DNA from: Fibrobacter succinogenes subsp. succinogenes S85
Lineage (GTDB): Bacteria > Fibrobacterota > Fibrobacteria > Fibrobacterales > Fibrobacteraceae
Reading direction: 5' to 3'
Length of the DNA: 32,000 bases
NCBI RefSeq assembly: GCF_000146505.1
Contig: NC_017448.1
Location: 1,530,001 to 1,562,000, forward strand
The position numbers were made by a program, and so were the translations under genes. The notes beneath the pieces were generated by a model. That model was not told where the DNA came from. It saw only the letters and a list, made by a program, of their open reading frames with translations, and ran no database searches. Positions 15,342 through 24,203 of the stretch are shown here, one piece after another (position 1 is the stretch's first letter; every line of letters begins with the position of its first letter).

Positions 15342-17336
15342 ATGGTAGATTCCGAAGCGCTTGAACAAGAAGACTATGAGGTAAAAATCGGTTCATTTAA
15401 CGGGCCGATGGATTTGCTCGTCTATCTCGTTCAAAAAAAGGAAATGACGCTAGACCAGATTCCCATTGCTGAAATCGCAGACGACTTTCTCAAGTGGGTG
15501 AACGAGTATTCCGAAACGGACCTTTCCAAGGCGGGCGACTTCTTGTTCATGGCAAGCCGCTTGATGGCGCTCAAGGTGCAGGAATTGCTCCCGGCCGAAG
15601 AACGCGATCCGGAGATGGAAGAGGAATACAACGAAGACCGCGAAAAGCTCATGAAGGAAATGTTGGAATACCAGCGTTTCAAGCAGGTAGCCAGTGGCCT
15701 CCAGGAAATGGAAGCGAAGAACTTCGGAACGTATTCCCGTGGGCGCCTCGAAAAGACGCAGAGTGACGACGACACACTCGCCGATGCAAACATCTGGCAA
15801 CTTTTCCGCGCTTACCAAAAGAGCTTAAAGACAAAGATTTCCGAGACGATTCACCATATTGAATTGGACTACGTGACGATTCAGGACCGTCAGCAGGCCA
15901 TCAACAACTTCTTGAATGTGCATGGACGTGCGCTTTTTGAAGACTTGCTCGACAACGATTCGCACCCGATTGTCGCAGCGGTAACGTTCATGGCAATGCT
16001 CGAAATGATCAAGACGGACGATATCGTTTTCCGTCAGAGTGAACTTTTCGGACCAATCTGGATTTACCGCAAGAAGAACAACCCCGAGTACGCCGACGAA
16101 ATGGCGCACGAGACCGTGTTTTTCAGCAAGGATCCCGAAGTCAAGGCTGGGCTTGTGGAAACAATCCGCAGCCAGGCAATTGCACGTTCCAAGGAAAAGA
16201 GCGTGGGCGACCTTGCCGCTACGATGCGCGAAGCCGTGCTTTGGACGGAACGCGGCAGAAACGTCACCGAAGAAGACCTCAACGCGATGTTGGAAGGTCG
16301 CGAAGACATTTCCGAAGTGCAGGACAATCCGTTTGCCGACATGATTGCGGAAGCGGACGCCGCCGAAGGCGCACAGCAAGCTGCAAGCGCACCTGTTGGA
16401 GATGCACAACAGGCCGTAGCTCCGGGAAGTGCAGAAACTGCACCGATTCAAGATGTCGCACCTGCAAATGACAACGCTTCGGCCCCAGTCGAAAATACGG
16501 AAGCTGTTCCGGCGCAAGATGCCGCGCAGTCCGCAACTTTGGAAAGTGCAAAAGTATCCGCTAGCGAGGACGAAGCTCCGGTGCTTAGCAAGAGTTCAAT
16601 TCCTGAATTCGGCGCTAACGACGATGACGATTCCGAAGAACGCGCCCACACATTCGAACCGGTAGATGAACTCGTCGAAGAACTTGAAGAAGAAAATCTT
16701 GATGAAGATGAAATTGAATCCGGTGAAGCAGAATCCGTAACGGAAGAAACCACCGAAAGTTCGGACGATTCCAGTGCAGAAAGCACATTCCAAGGTTTGA
16801 ACGAGCAGTCTGTCCAGCAGATGAGCGATGAAGAGTTTGCCGCCTTTATGCAAAAGGCCCAAGAATTCTACAACAACGCAAGTTCCGCGCAGTCTAACAA
16901 CACACAATCCGCCGCAACATCCGCGCAATCAACTACAAGCTCAACGCAGGCAGCATCAACGCAGGCACAAACAAGCGCCACGCAGCCAACCTCCGCGGCA
17001 TCTCGCAGCACGTCCTCTTACGGTTCGGCCGAACCAGAAGAAGACCGTTATTCCTCTTACAGTTTCGGCAACGAAATGACGGACGAGGAATACATCGCCT
17101 ATTTGAACCGCAGCGCCCGCGCAAGCCGCAAGGAAGAATCAAAGTCAGCGGCATCCACATCAAGCGCAGCTCCCGAGAAGTCCACATCATCCGAGAAGCC
17201 CAAGAAAAAGTCGTTCATGCCCGAAGATGAAGAAGGCGGAATGACGGACGAAGAATACCAAGCTTACCTCGCTGAACACGGCGACGACGACGATGACGAA
17301 GAAGGCCCCGTTGTCTACGGAGCCGGTAAAGATTAA
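15342..17336 (+). CDS. scpA: Segregation and condensation protein A (SMC kleisin ScpA) with ~420-aa acidic low-complexity C-terminal extension
   Basis: The first ~245 aa match the ScpA pattern (FNGPMDLLVYLVQKKEMTLDQIPIAEIADDFLKWV ... FLFMASRLMALKVQELLP ... VTFMAMLEMIK...ELFGPIWIY). The remainder is D/E/S/T/A/Q-rich. ATG 15342 is the first start after an in-frame TAA (15321). No SD is visible. Confidence 0.85.
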   Translation: MVDSEALEQEDYEVKIGSFNGPMDLLVYLVQKKEMTLDQIPIAEIADDFLKWVNEYSETDLSKAGDFLFMASRLMALKVQELLPAEERDPEMEEEYNEDREKLMKEMLEYQRFKQVASGLQEMEAKNFGTYSRGRLEKTQSDDDTLADANIWQLFRAYQKSLKTKISETIHHIELDYVTIQDRQQAINNFLNVHGRALFEDLLDNDSHPIVAAVTFMAMLEMIKTDDIVFRQSELFGPIWIYRKKNNPEYADEMAHETVFFSKDPEVKAGLVETIRSQAIARSKEKSVGDLAATMREAVLWTERGRNVTEEDLNAMLEGREDISEVQDNPFADMIAEADAAEGAQQAASAPVGDAQQAVAPGSAETAPIQDVAPANDNASAPVENTEAVPAQDAAQSATLESAKVSASEDEAPVLSKSSIPEFGANDDDDSEERAHTFEPVDELVEELEEENLDEDEIESGEAESVTEETTESSDDSSAESTFQGLNEQSVQQMSDEEFAAFMQKAQEFYNNASSAQSNNTQSAATSAQSTTSSTQAASTQAQTSATQPTSAASRSTSSYGSAEPEEDRYSSYSFGNEMTDEEYIAYLNRSARASRKEESKSAASTSSAAPEKSTSSEKPKKKSFMPEDEEGGMTDEEYQAYLAEHGDDDDDEEGPVVYGAGKD

Positions 17337-17350
17337 TTTTTATTGATGGG

Positions 17351-17983
17351 CTAAAGCGTTTTCTTCACGCTCCAGCTTTTCATTTTCAAGCCATCACGGA
17401 TAGCGATATCGCGTTTATCAAAAACCTCAAATTTGCGATTCTTATAAAACGCAAGATTTTTCTCTGAATTTGTAAACAACGTCAGTTGCTTACCTCCATG
17501 TTCACGAATGTATTCTTCCATGAAGGCAACAAGCTGTGTACCAACACCCTTTCCTTGAAATGGCGAGTCCACCGTCAGCGAACTACAATACCAAATATTT
17601 TCGCCACCATGCTGATAATCGTGACAAGGTTTCCCGGCAGATTCATCCATATTAACCCAAGCATTCACACGTTTTATGCCTGCGCTAAAATAGACATTCC
17701 ACCAGCCATGAAGTAGGAACTGTAAATCCGACGGTCTCTTGTAATGCGGATCTTCGAGCACAGCCAAGCCTACAATTTTTCCGTCAATTTTAACCGTCAA
17801 GAAATGGGACTTTCGCATAATCGCGCGCCACGTTCCGTACAAAACGGACCGTATCACCTTATGCCTCAAGCCCAAATCCGGGAAAAAATTTAAAAAATAC
17901 TCATAGTATTCATAGGCCCGAAACGAAAGTTCCACAGCATCGCTTAGCTCTTCACGTTTCAACGCTCCAAATTCGATTCCCAT
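17351..17983 (-). CDS. GNAT-family N-acetyltransferase
   Basis: Acetyl-CoA binding motif QGKGVGTQLVAFMEEYIREHGGKQLTLFTNSEKNLAFYKNRKFEV. Convergent with scpA, with a 14-nt gap. Confidence 0.85.
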   Translation of the reverse strand: MGIEFGALKREELSDAVELSFRAYEYYEYFLNFFPDLGLRHKVIRSVLYGTWRAIMRKSHFLTVKIDGKIVGLAVLEDPHYKRPSDLQFLLHGWWNVYFSAGIKRVNAWVNMDESAGKPCHDYQHGGENIWYCSSLTVDSPFQGKGVGTQLVAFMEEYIREHGGKQLTLFTNSEKNLAFYKNRKFEVFDKRDIAIRDGLKMKSWSVKKTL

Positions 17984-18074
17984 TACAAAACTCCGTTCTA
18001 TTTATATAAAATGGAAACAATTATTAAAGTTGTGTATTTCAAAACAAATTACGTGCAAAAATATTGAATAAACT

Positions 18075-18923
18075 TTATCCAAACAGTTTGGCGATATACG
18101 GGTAGGCTTCATCCGGCAAAGTGAAATGCTTTGCGATATAGAACATATAAGGAATCTTGACTGCTGCAAACGGCAAAATTCGTTTTGTGGCTTCCGCGAT
18201 TTTCTGCGGGTCCGTCGTTCCCAAATAAGCAGGGAAGAAAATGTTCCAATGAGCCAAAAGTTTTTCTTTATTCATGTGGAAAACAAGATCCGCCTTTTGC
18301 TCATCCATTCTGTTCGTCATGCTCCACAACATTCCCAAATCCCAACCAGGGTCACCATAGCCGAAATCGCCCATATCAATCCAAAGTGTTCGCTTTCCAT
18401 CGGTAATGACATTGCTGATTTGCAAATCACCATGAAGGCAAGTCGGGGTGTTGGGAACCGTATTGATAAAAGCCAAGGCCTTTTGCTTGTAAAAGTCAGG
18501 AACTACAGCCTTTTCAAGATAAAAGCGACGGAATTTTTCCTTTGTTGACACAAGTTTTGACGTATCCGCTTTCGTCGAATGGAGTTTCTTGGCCATTTCA
18601 GCAAATATCAAAGAAAGTTCTTGCAGTCGCCCCGGCTCTTCTGAAATGATTCTTGAAAAAGAACGTTTGTTTCGGATAAGTTCATATTCGGCACCAAAGC
18701 GTTCGCCATCTGTTACCAAACGAATCGGCTTAGGAGTCGGGACACCCAAAGCAAATGCAGTGCAAGAAGTCAAGAAATCCTTTTTAGCACAGTCCGCTTC
18801 GAATCCGGGATGATAAAGTTTTGCAATCGTATCGCGTGTCTTGTGCGTGTACGAGATTGCAGTCGCGCCTTCACCCGTCGCTGCATAATCATCCAAATTG
18901 ATCTTTTCAACTTCTTCAGACAT
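18075..18923 (-). CDS. Phosphotransferase-family (APH / choline-kinase-like) small-molecule kinase
   Basis: Brenner-type catalytic loop LHGDLQISNV and IDMGDFGYGDPGWDL. GAGAGG precedes the ATG. The gene starts 11 nt after the upstream paralog's stop. Confidence 0.8.
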   Translation of the reverse strand: MSEEVEKINLDDYAATGEGATAISYTHKTRDTIAKLYHPGFEADCAKKDFLTSCTAFALGVPTPKPIRLVTDGERFGAEYELIRNKRSFSRIISEEPGRLQELSLIFAEMAKKLHSTKADTSKLVSTKEKFRRFYLEKAVVPDFYKQKALAFINTVPNTPTCLHGDLQISNVITDGKRTLWIDMGDFGYGDPGWDLGMLWSMTNRMDEQKADLVFHMNKEKLLAHWNIFFPAYLGTTDPQKIAEATKRILPFAAVKIPYMFYIAKHFTLPDEAYPYIAKLFG

Positions 18924-18934
18924 AATAGCCTCTC

Positions 18935-19792
18935 TTAATAAAACTTTTCGACCAGGGAATGAACCAATCCTGCAAACAACTTCTTATAAGCTTCAGGAGT
19001 CGGCATCAAGATTGAACGGATACAAGCATCCAAAGGAGCAAACTTGCCAGCAAGAGCAGTGAAGGCGGAAATGTCCTTATTCCCCGTGTAGGCCTCAGCA
19101 AACGCATTCCAGAAGTTTTTCAACTGTTCCTGCGACATGTGGAAAATTTCCTGCGCTGCCGGGAACTGAGAATAAACTTGGCAAGTCATGAAAAAATGCC
19201 CTATATCAAACATTGGCGAACCGTGACTAAACCAGCCAAGATCAATCCAATAAGGTTTACCGTCACCAGAAATAATCAGGTTGCCCATCTGGAAATCACC
19301 ATGCAAGCAGGTTTTCTCGTCTTCTATACTCTGAACAAACGCCCGCATTTTTTCTCTATCATCATCTGCAACAAAATCAGACGCATCGATACCCTTCAGG
19401 GCAAGATCCTTGCGGCTTGGGAAAAAGTCCGTATTGCAAGGCAAGGCGTGCAGTTGCAGGCCCAATGAAGCAAGCAACTTAGCCATTTCACTGATGCGTG
19501 ACGGATCATCGGAGCAAATACGCGAAAGCGATTTCTTCCCCTTAATGATTTCTACAAGCTGACCGTAACCATCCCCCACGCGCACCATATCGAACATACG
19601 AGGAGTCGGGATTCCCAAATCAAAGACATGCTGGGCCGCATCACGTTCTTGCTTTACGGTTGCCTCATCACAACGAGGCGGGTTATTCACTTTCAAGAGG
19701 AAATCAGGATGGCCGGGATGCACATAAGTTTTCCCGTTACCGCCCTCGCCCACCTGCGTCCAGGTACTAATATCAATATTCTGGTATTCCAT
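18935..19792 (-). CDS. Phosphotransferase-family (APH-like) kinase, tandem paralog
   Basis: LHGDFQMGNLII and IDLGWFSHGSPMFDIG. GGGGAG precedes the ATG. Confidence 0.8.
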   Translation of the reverse strand: MEYQNIDISTWTQVGEGGNGKTYVHPGHPDFLLKVNNPPRCDEATVKQERDAAQHVFDLGIPTPRMFDMVRVGDGYGQLVEIIKGKKSLSRICSDDPSRISEMAKLLASLGLQLHALPCNTDFFPSRKDLALKGIDASDFVADDDREKMRAFVQSIEDEKTCLHGDFQMGNLIISGDGKPYWIDLGWFSHGSPMFDIGHFFMTCQVYSQFPAAQEIFHMSQEQLKNFWNAFAEAYTGNKDISAFTALAGKFAPLDACIRSILMPTPEAYKKLFAGLVHSLVEKFY

Positions 19793-19834
19793 TTTTGCTC
19801 CCCAGAAAAAATTTCTCTTTATAAAAATATCGCT

Positions 19835-19848
19835 TTTTCTGCAGAAAA
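19835..19848. promoter_or_regulatory. Perfect 14-bp palindrome TTTTCTGCAGAAAA upstream of the kinase pair (operator candidate)
   Basis: The sequence is self-complementary when read directly. It lies 43-56 bp upstream of ATG 19792. Confidence 0.25.
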
Positions 19849-19913
19849 GAACAAAAAGAATTTAGCTGATACTCCAAATTATTCAATATTGGCGAATTTT
19901 GCCGCAAAATCAA

Positions 19914-19939
19914 CAAAAAAAGCCCCGCCGAAGCGAGGT
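19914..19939 (-). terminator. Rho-independent terminator after the Zn-metallopeptidase gene
   Basis: The minus transcript reads CCUCGC-UUCG-GCGGGG (plus-strand text CCCCGC 19923-19928, loop CGAA, GCGAGG 19933-19938; one G-U pair), followed by CTTTTTTTG (A-run 19914-19921). Confidence 0.6.
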
Positions 19940-19983
19940 TTAAAGGAGATTCCGGCTCGGAGGCCGGAATGACAGATTGATCG

Positions 19984-20700
19984 TTAATCGTCGTTACGAC
20001 CGCCGAGGAGTCCTGCGCGGTATGCCCAGTAGAGCAACTGCAAAATAGACGAAATTGCAGCGGCAACATACGTGAGGCCTGCGGCAAAGAGCACGCCAGA
20101 GACGGTATTGTATTCGCGACCTGCGGCAACGACTTCCATGCGGGCAAGAGCCTTCTTGGCACGTGCCGAAGCGTCAAATTCCACAGGCACGGTCACGAGC
20201 GTAAAGAGTGTCGCAAGCGCAAAGAGCACCACGCCTACAACCGCGAGAGAGTGTCCAAGAGCCTTGCCCATGCCCATAAGCATAATGCCGATAATCACAA
20301 GCCATGGTCCGAGATTAGAACCGATGTTGGCGGCAGGCACAATGGCAGAACGGAGCCACAGCGGGAAGTAGCCTTCAGCATGCTGGATAGCGTGACCGAC
20401 TTCGTGAGCGGCAACGCCTGCGGCACTTGCATTGCGGCCGGAATAGACTTCGGGCGACAAGTTAAGCGTCTTGTTCAGCGGATTGTAATGATCCGAAAGA
20501 AAGCCCTGGTGCTTGAGGATTTTCACATCGGTAATGCCCGCTTCCATAAGGATAGCCTTGGCGACATCGGCTCCGGTGAGGCCGCTAGAAATTGTGACTT
20601 TTTGGCCAGCGGCAAAGCGCTTCTTGACCAACAGGGAAACGGCGCCCGAAAGCACGAGCGTCACCACGAGAATCATCATGTATAAAGGATCGAACATCAT
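19984..20700 (-). CDS. Membrane zinc metallopeptidase (YugP / Zn_peptidase_2-like)
   Basis: N-terminal TM segment, LSDHYNPLNKTLNLS, HExxH motif AAHEVGHAIQH, and C-terminal TM segments. Confidence 0.85.
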   Translation of the reverse strand: MMFDPLYMMILVVTLVLSGAVSLLVKKRFAAGQKVTISSGLTGADVAKAILMEAGITDVKILKHQGFLSDHYNPLNKTLNLSPEVYSGRNASAAGVAAHEVGHAIQHAEGYFPLWLRSAIVPAANIGSNLGPWLVIIGIMLMGMGKALGHSLAVVGVVLFALATLFTLVTVPVEFDASARAKKALARMEVVAAGREYNTVSGVLFAAGLTYVAAAISSILQLLYWAYRAGLLGGRNDD

Positions 20701-20795
20701 AATTTTAGTTCCTTAATTTCACTATCCAATTTACAAAAAGAATGGCGAAAGCGACTGTGATTTCGTCACTCTTTTTTGCTTATTATCGGCGGTTT

Positions 20796-21977
20796 TTACA
20801 TGTCACCGGTGGTGAACTTGCTCTTGTCGCGCAAATGCGTGAGGAACATGCCCAGCACGAAGTAGATGACCGCCTGGATGGCTAGCAGGTAGAGCTTTGG
20901 CGCCACATCGTAAATGTCACCACCCATCTGTTCAATCGAGAGCCATGCGGGTACGGCAAACGTACTCGGCAGAATGTACGAAAGCCCCACCATCCAGCTC
21001 GGCATCAAATAGCTCGGCCAGCTAAAGTTCGCAAGGAACAAGATTGGGATGGAGAGGTTCAGGAACAGCTGCATGCTCGATTCGCGGTGCAAGAAAACTT
21101 GCGAGAGGCACATGCCAAAGTTGATGACCGAAGCAAGGAACACCACCGCAAAAATCGTCATCGGCAAGAGCTCGCCACGACGCGGGAAGTCAAAAATATT
21201 GTAAATCACGCAGTGGTAGAACAGGATAAAGCAGCAGTAGTGCATAAAATACGCCAGCGAACGGCCCAAATAGCGGTACGGCATGCTCTCGTTTTCGACT
21301 TCGGAATAGCGCTGGTTGCGGCGGAAACGGCGATGCCCGCGAGCGCCACCAAGCACGCAAATTCCAATCACAAGGGACTGTTGCAAAATCAGCACGAGCA
21401 CACTAGGAACAACATAATTAGAATAGCTTCCCGTGTTGTTGAACATCGTTTGTATTGATAACGGCATCGGATCTCGCATCGCCATAGCCTTTGCAGAAGG
21501 CACCTTTTTACCTAACGCAATCGCCTTCACCTTGCTCACCGCACCGACCGTCAACGCACATGTCGAGAATGCCGTTCCAATCGTACCATGGAGCATCACG
21601 TAGGCGCCATGCGTAAAGATATCAATCTTGGTCGTTTTCTTGTCGATCAAATTCTTTTCCATGTTCTCGGGAATGACCATAAAGCCGAAAATATCTTCAC
21701 GCGCCATTGCGGTTTCCGCTTCGAGCATGTCGTTAAAGACAGCCTTGACTTCGACCTGTTGCGTTGCAGCAGCCATTCGCGTAAGTTCACGGGATTTTGC
21801 AGAATGGTCCAAATCCACAATTGCTACCGGAACACGAGAGACCGTCTGGTTCATATATGCCGTCGGATAGTAGAACGCATAAAGGATACCAGCAACAACA
21901 AGCAAGAGCACTGCCGCAGGATCAGTGAAGAACAACTTCCATTCCGTCAAGGTCACTTTCAAAAGACGACTAATCAT
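20796..21977 (-). CDS. ABC-2 type transporter permease (YbhS/YbhR/YhhJ-like)
   Basis: An N-terminal TM segment and a large periplasmic loop, followed by about 5 TM segments at the C-terminus. No Walker A motif. Overlaps the upstream paralog by 8 nt. Confidence 0.8.
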   Translation of the reverse strand: MISRLLKVTLTEWKLFFTDPAAVLLLVVAGILYAFYYPTAYMNQTVSRVPVAIVDLDHSAKSRELTRMAAATQQVEVKAVFNDMLEAETAMAREDIFGFMVIPENMEKNLIDKKTTKIDIFTHGAYVMLHGTIGTAFSTCALTVGAVSKVKAIALGKKVPSAKAMAMRDPMPLSIQTMFNNTGSYSNYVVPSVLVLILQQSLVIGICVLGGARGHRRFRRNQRYSEVENESMPYRYLGRSLAYFMHYCCFILFYHCVIYNIFDFPRRGELLPMTIFAVVFLASVINFGMCLSQVFLHRESSMQLFLNLSIPILFLANFSWPSYLMPSWMVGLSYILPSTFAVPAWLSIEQMGGDIYDVAPKLYLLAIQAVIYFVLGMFLTHLRDKSKFTTGDM

Positions 21978-23187
21978 GTTTTCGCCTCCTGATTTTCTCT
22001 AGCACACTTTTAAACAGCGCATCTACGGTAATCTCGCCATCTTCTTCGACAACGACCGGCATTTGAGAATCATGCTTCAAGCGGTACTTCCAACGGAGAA
22101 CCATTGTAAAGCACCCGAACAAGGTCCAGAAGAGCGCCATGCCAGCCATGAGCTTGACAACTTCCCAAGATGCAGCCATGCCGACATCGCCAAGAAGCAT
22201 CATGGACTGCACACGGAGCACGTGAGTCAACGGCAACAAAAACGCAAAGCAACGCACGGCAAACGGCATAGCCATCACGGGGAACGTCTGGCCGGCAAAA
22301 GCAAACGCAGGGCCGCCAATCACGCCCGAAACGCCTGTGGCAATACGCATCACGCCGGTCACGCCTACGAATACCATTCCCGCCCCCACGCAGCAAATCA
22401 CCATCAAGAGTTGCGCCACGGAGACCATCACAAATTCTTCAAAGCCCATCGGCATGAGCATGCGGTGCGTGTACGCATAACAGCCCATGTATTCAAGCCA
22501 GAGAATGATAACGGCAGGAACAAATGAAGCAACACCCAACGTCACCCAAGAACGTTCTGCATACTGGTAAAATTCACGCACGCGCTTGTCACGCAACGGG
22601 AACGAAGCGATATATACCGCCACAAGCATCGCCGCCAAGTGGAACATTGCCGATACAAGTCCAAGCGCCAGGAATCCCTGATAATTGCCTTCGATGTTCC
22701 CGACCGAATGGATTTCTGTTTTTATAGGATCTTCAAACGAAGCCGTAAAAAGTTCAGAACCCACATCGGTGAGCACTGCACGAATTTCCTTTGTTGCAAA
22801 CATGTTCGTGAGGTAATTCTGGCCGCTCGAATAAACAGGAATCACAGGCGCTTCAAGGCGGAGTGCACGGCGTTCCAAATCCGTCGGGAGCACGATAAAC
22901 GTCTGCAAGTCTCCGCGAATCACCGCATGTTCACATTCGCTCATGTCATGGCAATTCACTTTAACATCGAGCACGGGGCTTGACTGGATTGCACGTTCCA
23001 AGCGGTCCGCAAGTTGGCTATGGTCCTGCTTGAGAATGCCCACCGGGATGTGCTGCACGATTTCGCTCGAGAACATTTCCAGCATGAAGACGGAAACGCC
23101 TACGGGAAGCACCGTAAGAATCATCCACAAGACTAGCTTGTGGCCAAAGTAAATCTTCCCGATTGTCTTTAAAAGACCTTTCAGCAC
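21970..23187 (-). CDS. ABC-2 type transporter permease, paralog
   Basis: Same topology as the neighbouring permease. GTG start at 23187 with GAAGG upstream. No nucleotide-binding motifs. Confidence 0.75.
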   Translation of the reverse strand: MLKGLLKTIGKIYFGHKLVLWMILTVLPVGVSVFMLEMFSSEIVQHIPVGILKQDHSQLADRLERAIQSSPVLDVKVNCHDMSECEHAVIRGDLQTFIVLPTDLERRALRLEAPVIPVYSSGQNYLTNMFATKEIRAVLTDVGSELFTASFEDPIKTEIHSVGNIEGNYQGFLALGLVSAMFHLAAMLVAVYIASFPLRDKRVREFYQYAERSWVTLGVASFVPAVIILWLEYMGCYAYTHRMLMPMGFEEFVMVSVAQLLMVICCVGAGMVFVGVTGVMRIATGVSGVIGGPAFAFAGQTFPVMAMPFAVRCFAFLLPLTHVLRVQSMMLLGDVGMAASWEVVKLMAGMALFWTLFGCFTMVLRWKYRLKHDSQMPVVVEEDGEITVDALFKSVLEKIRRRKHD

Positions 23188-23204
23188 GATAACCTTCTAT
23201 CCAA

Positions 23205-24203
23205 TTATTGAATATCGTCGGCAGGGAGCAAAACGCTCATGCCCGGGCGGAGGTTTTCGACCTTGTGCGTCGGGCGCATGCGGACTTCGAACGTCTTGAG
23301 GTCAAAGCCGGAGCTTTCTTTGGAGCTGCGCCATGTAGCATAGTCACCGACAGAAGCGATGTAGCTTACGACCATTTCGATGGTCTTGTCGAGAGCCGGT
23401 ACCTGGAGATAGAACTTTTTGCCTTTAGAAACGTTCTTGAGGTAATCTTCACGGAGGTGGAACACCGCCCAGGAATCATTCAAGTCCGTCACGGCGATAA
23501 TCGGCATACCAGAACCGACAACTTCGCCTTCTTCGGCGAGCTTGAGAGAAACTTCACCGGTAATCGGCGTGCGAATCTTGGTTTCTTCGAGGTAGGCATC
23601 GACTTCGGCATTCGCGCCCTTGGCCTGCATCACGAGAGCGTTTGCAGCGGCCTTGTCTTCGCTACGGGCGCCGGCAACAGCCTGATTGTACTGAGCGCGA
23701 GCGGCATCAGCAGCGGACTGGGTTGCCTTCATCTGCGTTTCAGCTTCATCGCGCTTCTGGAGCGGAAGCACGCCTTCGTTGTAGAGTTTCTGCACGCGGT
23801 TGTAAGTGTTCTTGGCAAGCGTTGCGGCTTCTTGAGCGCGATCGGCCATTGCCTTGAGCGCCGTGATGTCTTCACTGCGAGCGCCATTGCGGGCCTTGCT
23901 GGCCTGAGCCTTGGCAGCACCGAGTGCGCCCTGAGCCTGCATCTTCTTGGCTTCAATTTCCGGACTGCTTATCACAGCAACGAGAGAATCCTTGTAGACC
24001 ACGTCGCCTTCGTGAACGAGCAAACGTTCGATACGGCCCGGGACCTTCCCTGCCACGAGCACGCGGCGGGCTTCCATCTGGCCTTGCAAGAACTGCTCAC
24101 GCGGTTGCGTTGCGAACTGCTGGAGCTGGGAGATGCCCATAATAACGAGCACTATCAAGGCAAGTACGACAACAACTTTTCCAATCATCTTTAATGCGTT
24201 CAT
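23205..24203 (-). CDS. HlyD-family membrane fusion protein (YbhG/YhiI-like periplasmic adaptor)
   Basis: N-terminal TM anchor, lipoyl-like VPGRIERLLVHEGDVVYKDSLVAVI, a long Ala/Gln-rich coiled-coil hairpin, and IRTPITGEV beta-barrel. Its ATG overlaps the TolC stop (TAATG at 24201-24205). Confidence 0.9.
   Translation of the reverse strand: MNALKMIGKVVVVLALIVLVIMGISQLQQFATQPREQFLQGQMEARRVLVAGKVPGRIERLLVHEGDVVYKDSLVAVISSPEIEAKKMQAQGALGAAKAQASKARNGARSEDITALKAMADRAQEAATLAKNTYNRVQKLYNEGVLPLQKRDEAETQMKATQSAADAARAQYNQAVAGARSEDKAAANALVMQAKGANAEVDAYLEETKIRTPITGEVSLKLAEEGEVVGSGMPIIAVTDLNDSWAVFHLREDYLKNVSKGKKFYLQVPALDKTIEMVVSYIASVGDYATWRSSKESSGFDLKTFEVRMRPTHKVENLRPGMSVLLPADDIQ

Noticed and set aside
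15182-15364. A 60-aa ORF in the ORF6N-scpA spacer
   Set aside because: It is AT-rich with an aromatic/low-complexity translation and has no SD. It runs through the repeat arrays and into the scpA start. It is most likely non-coding.
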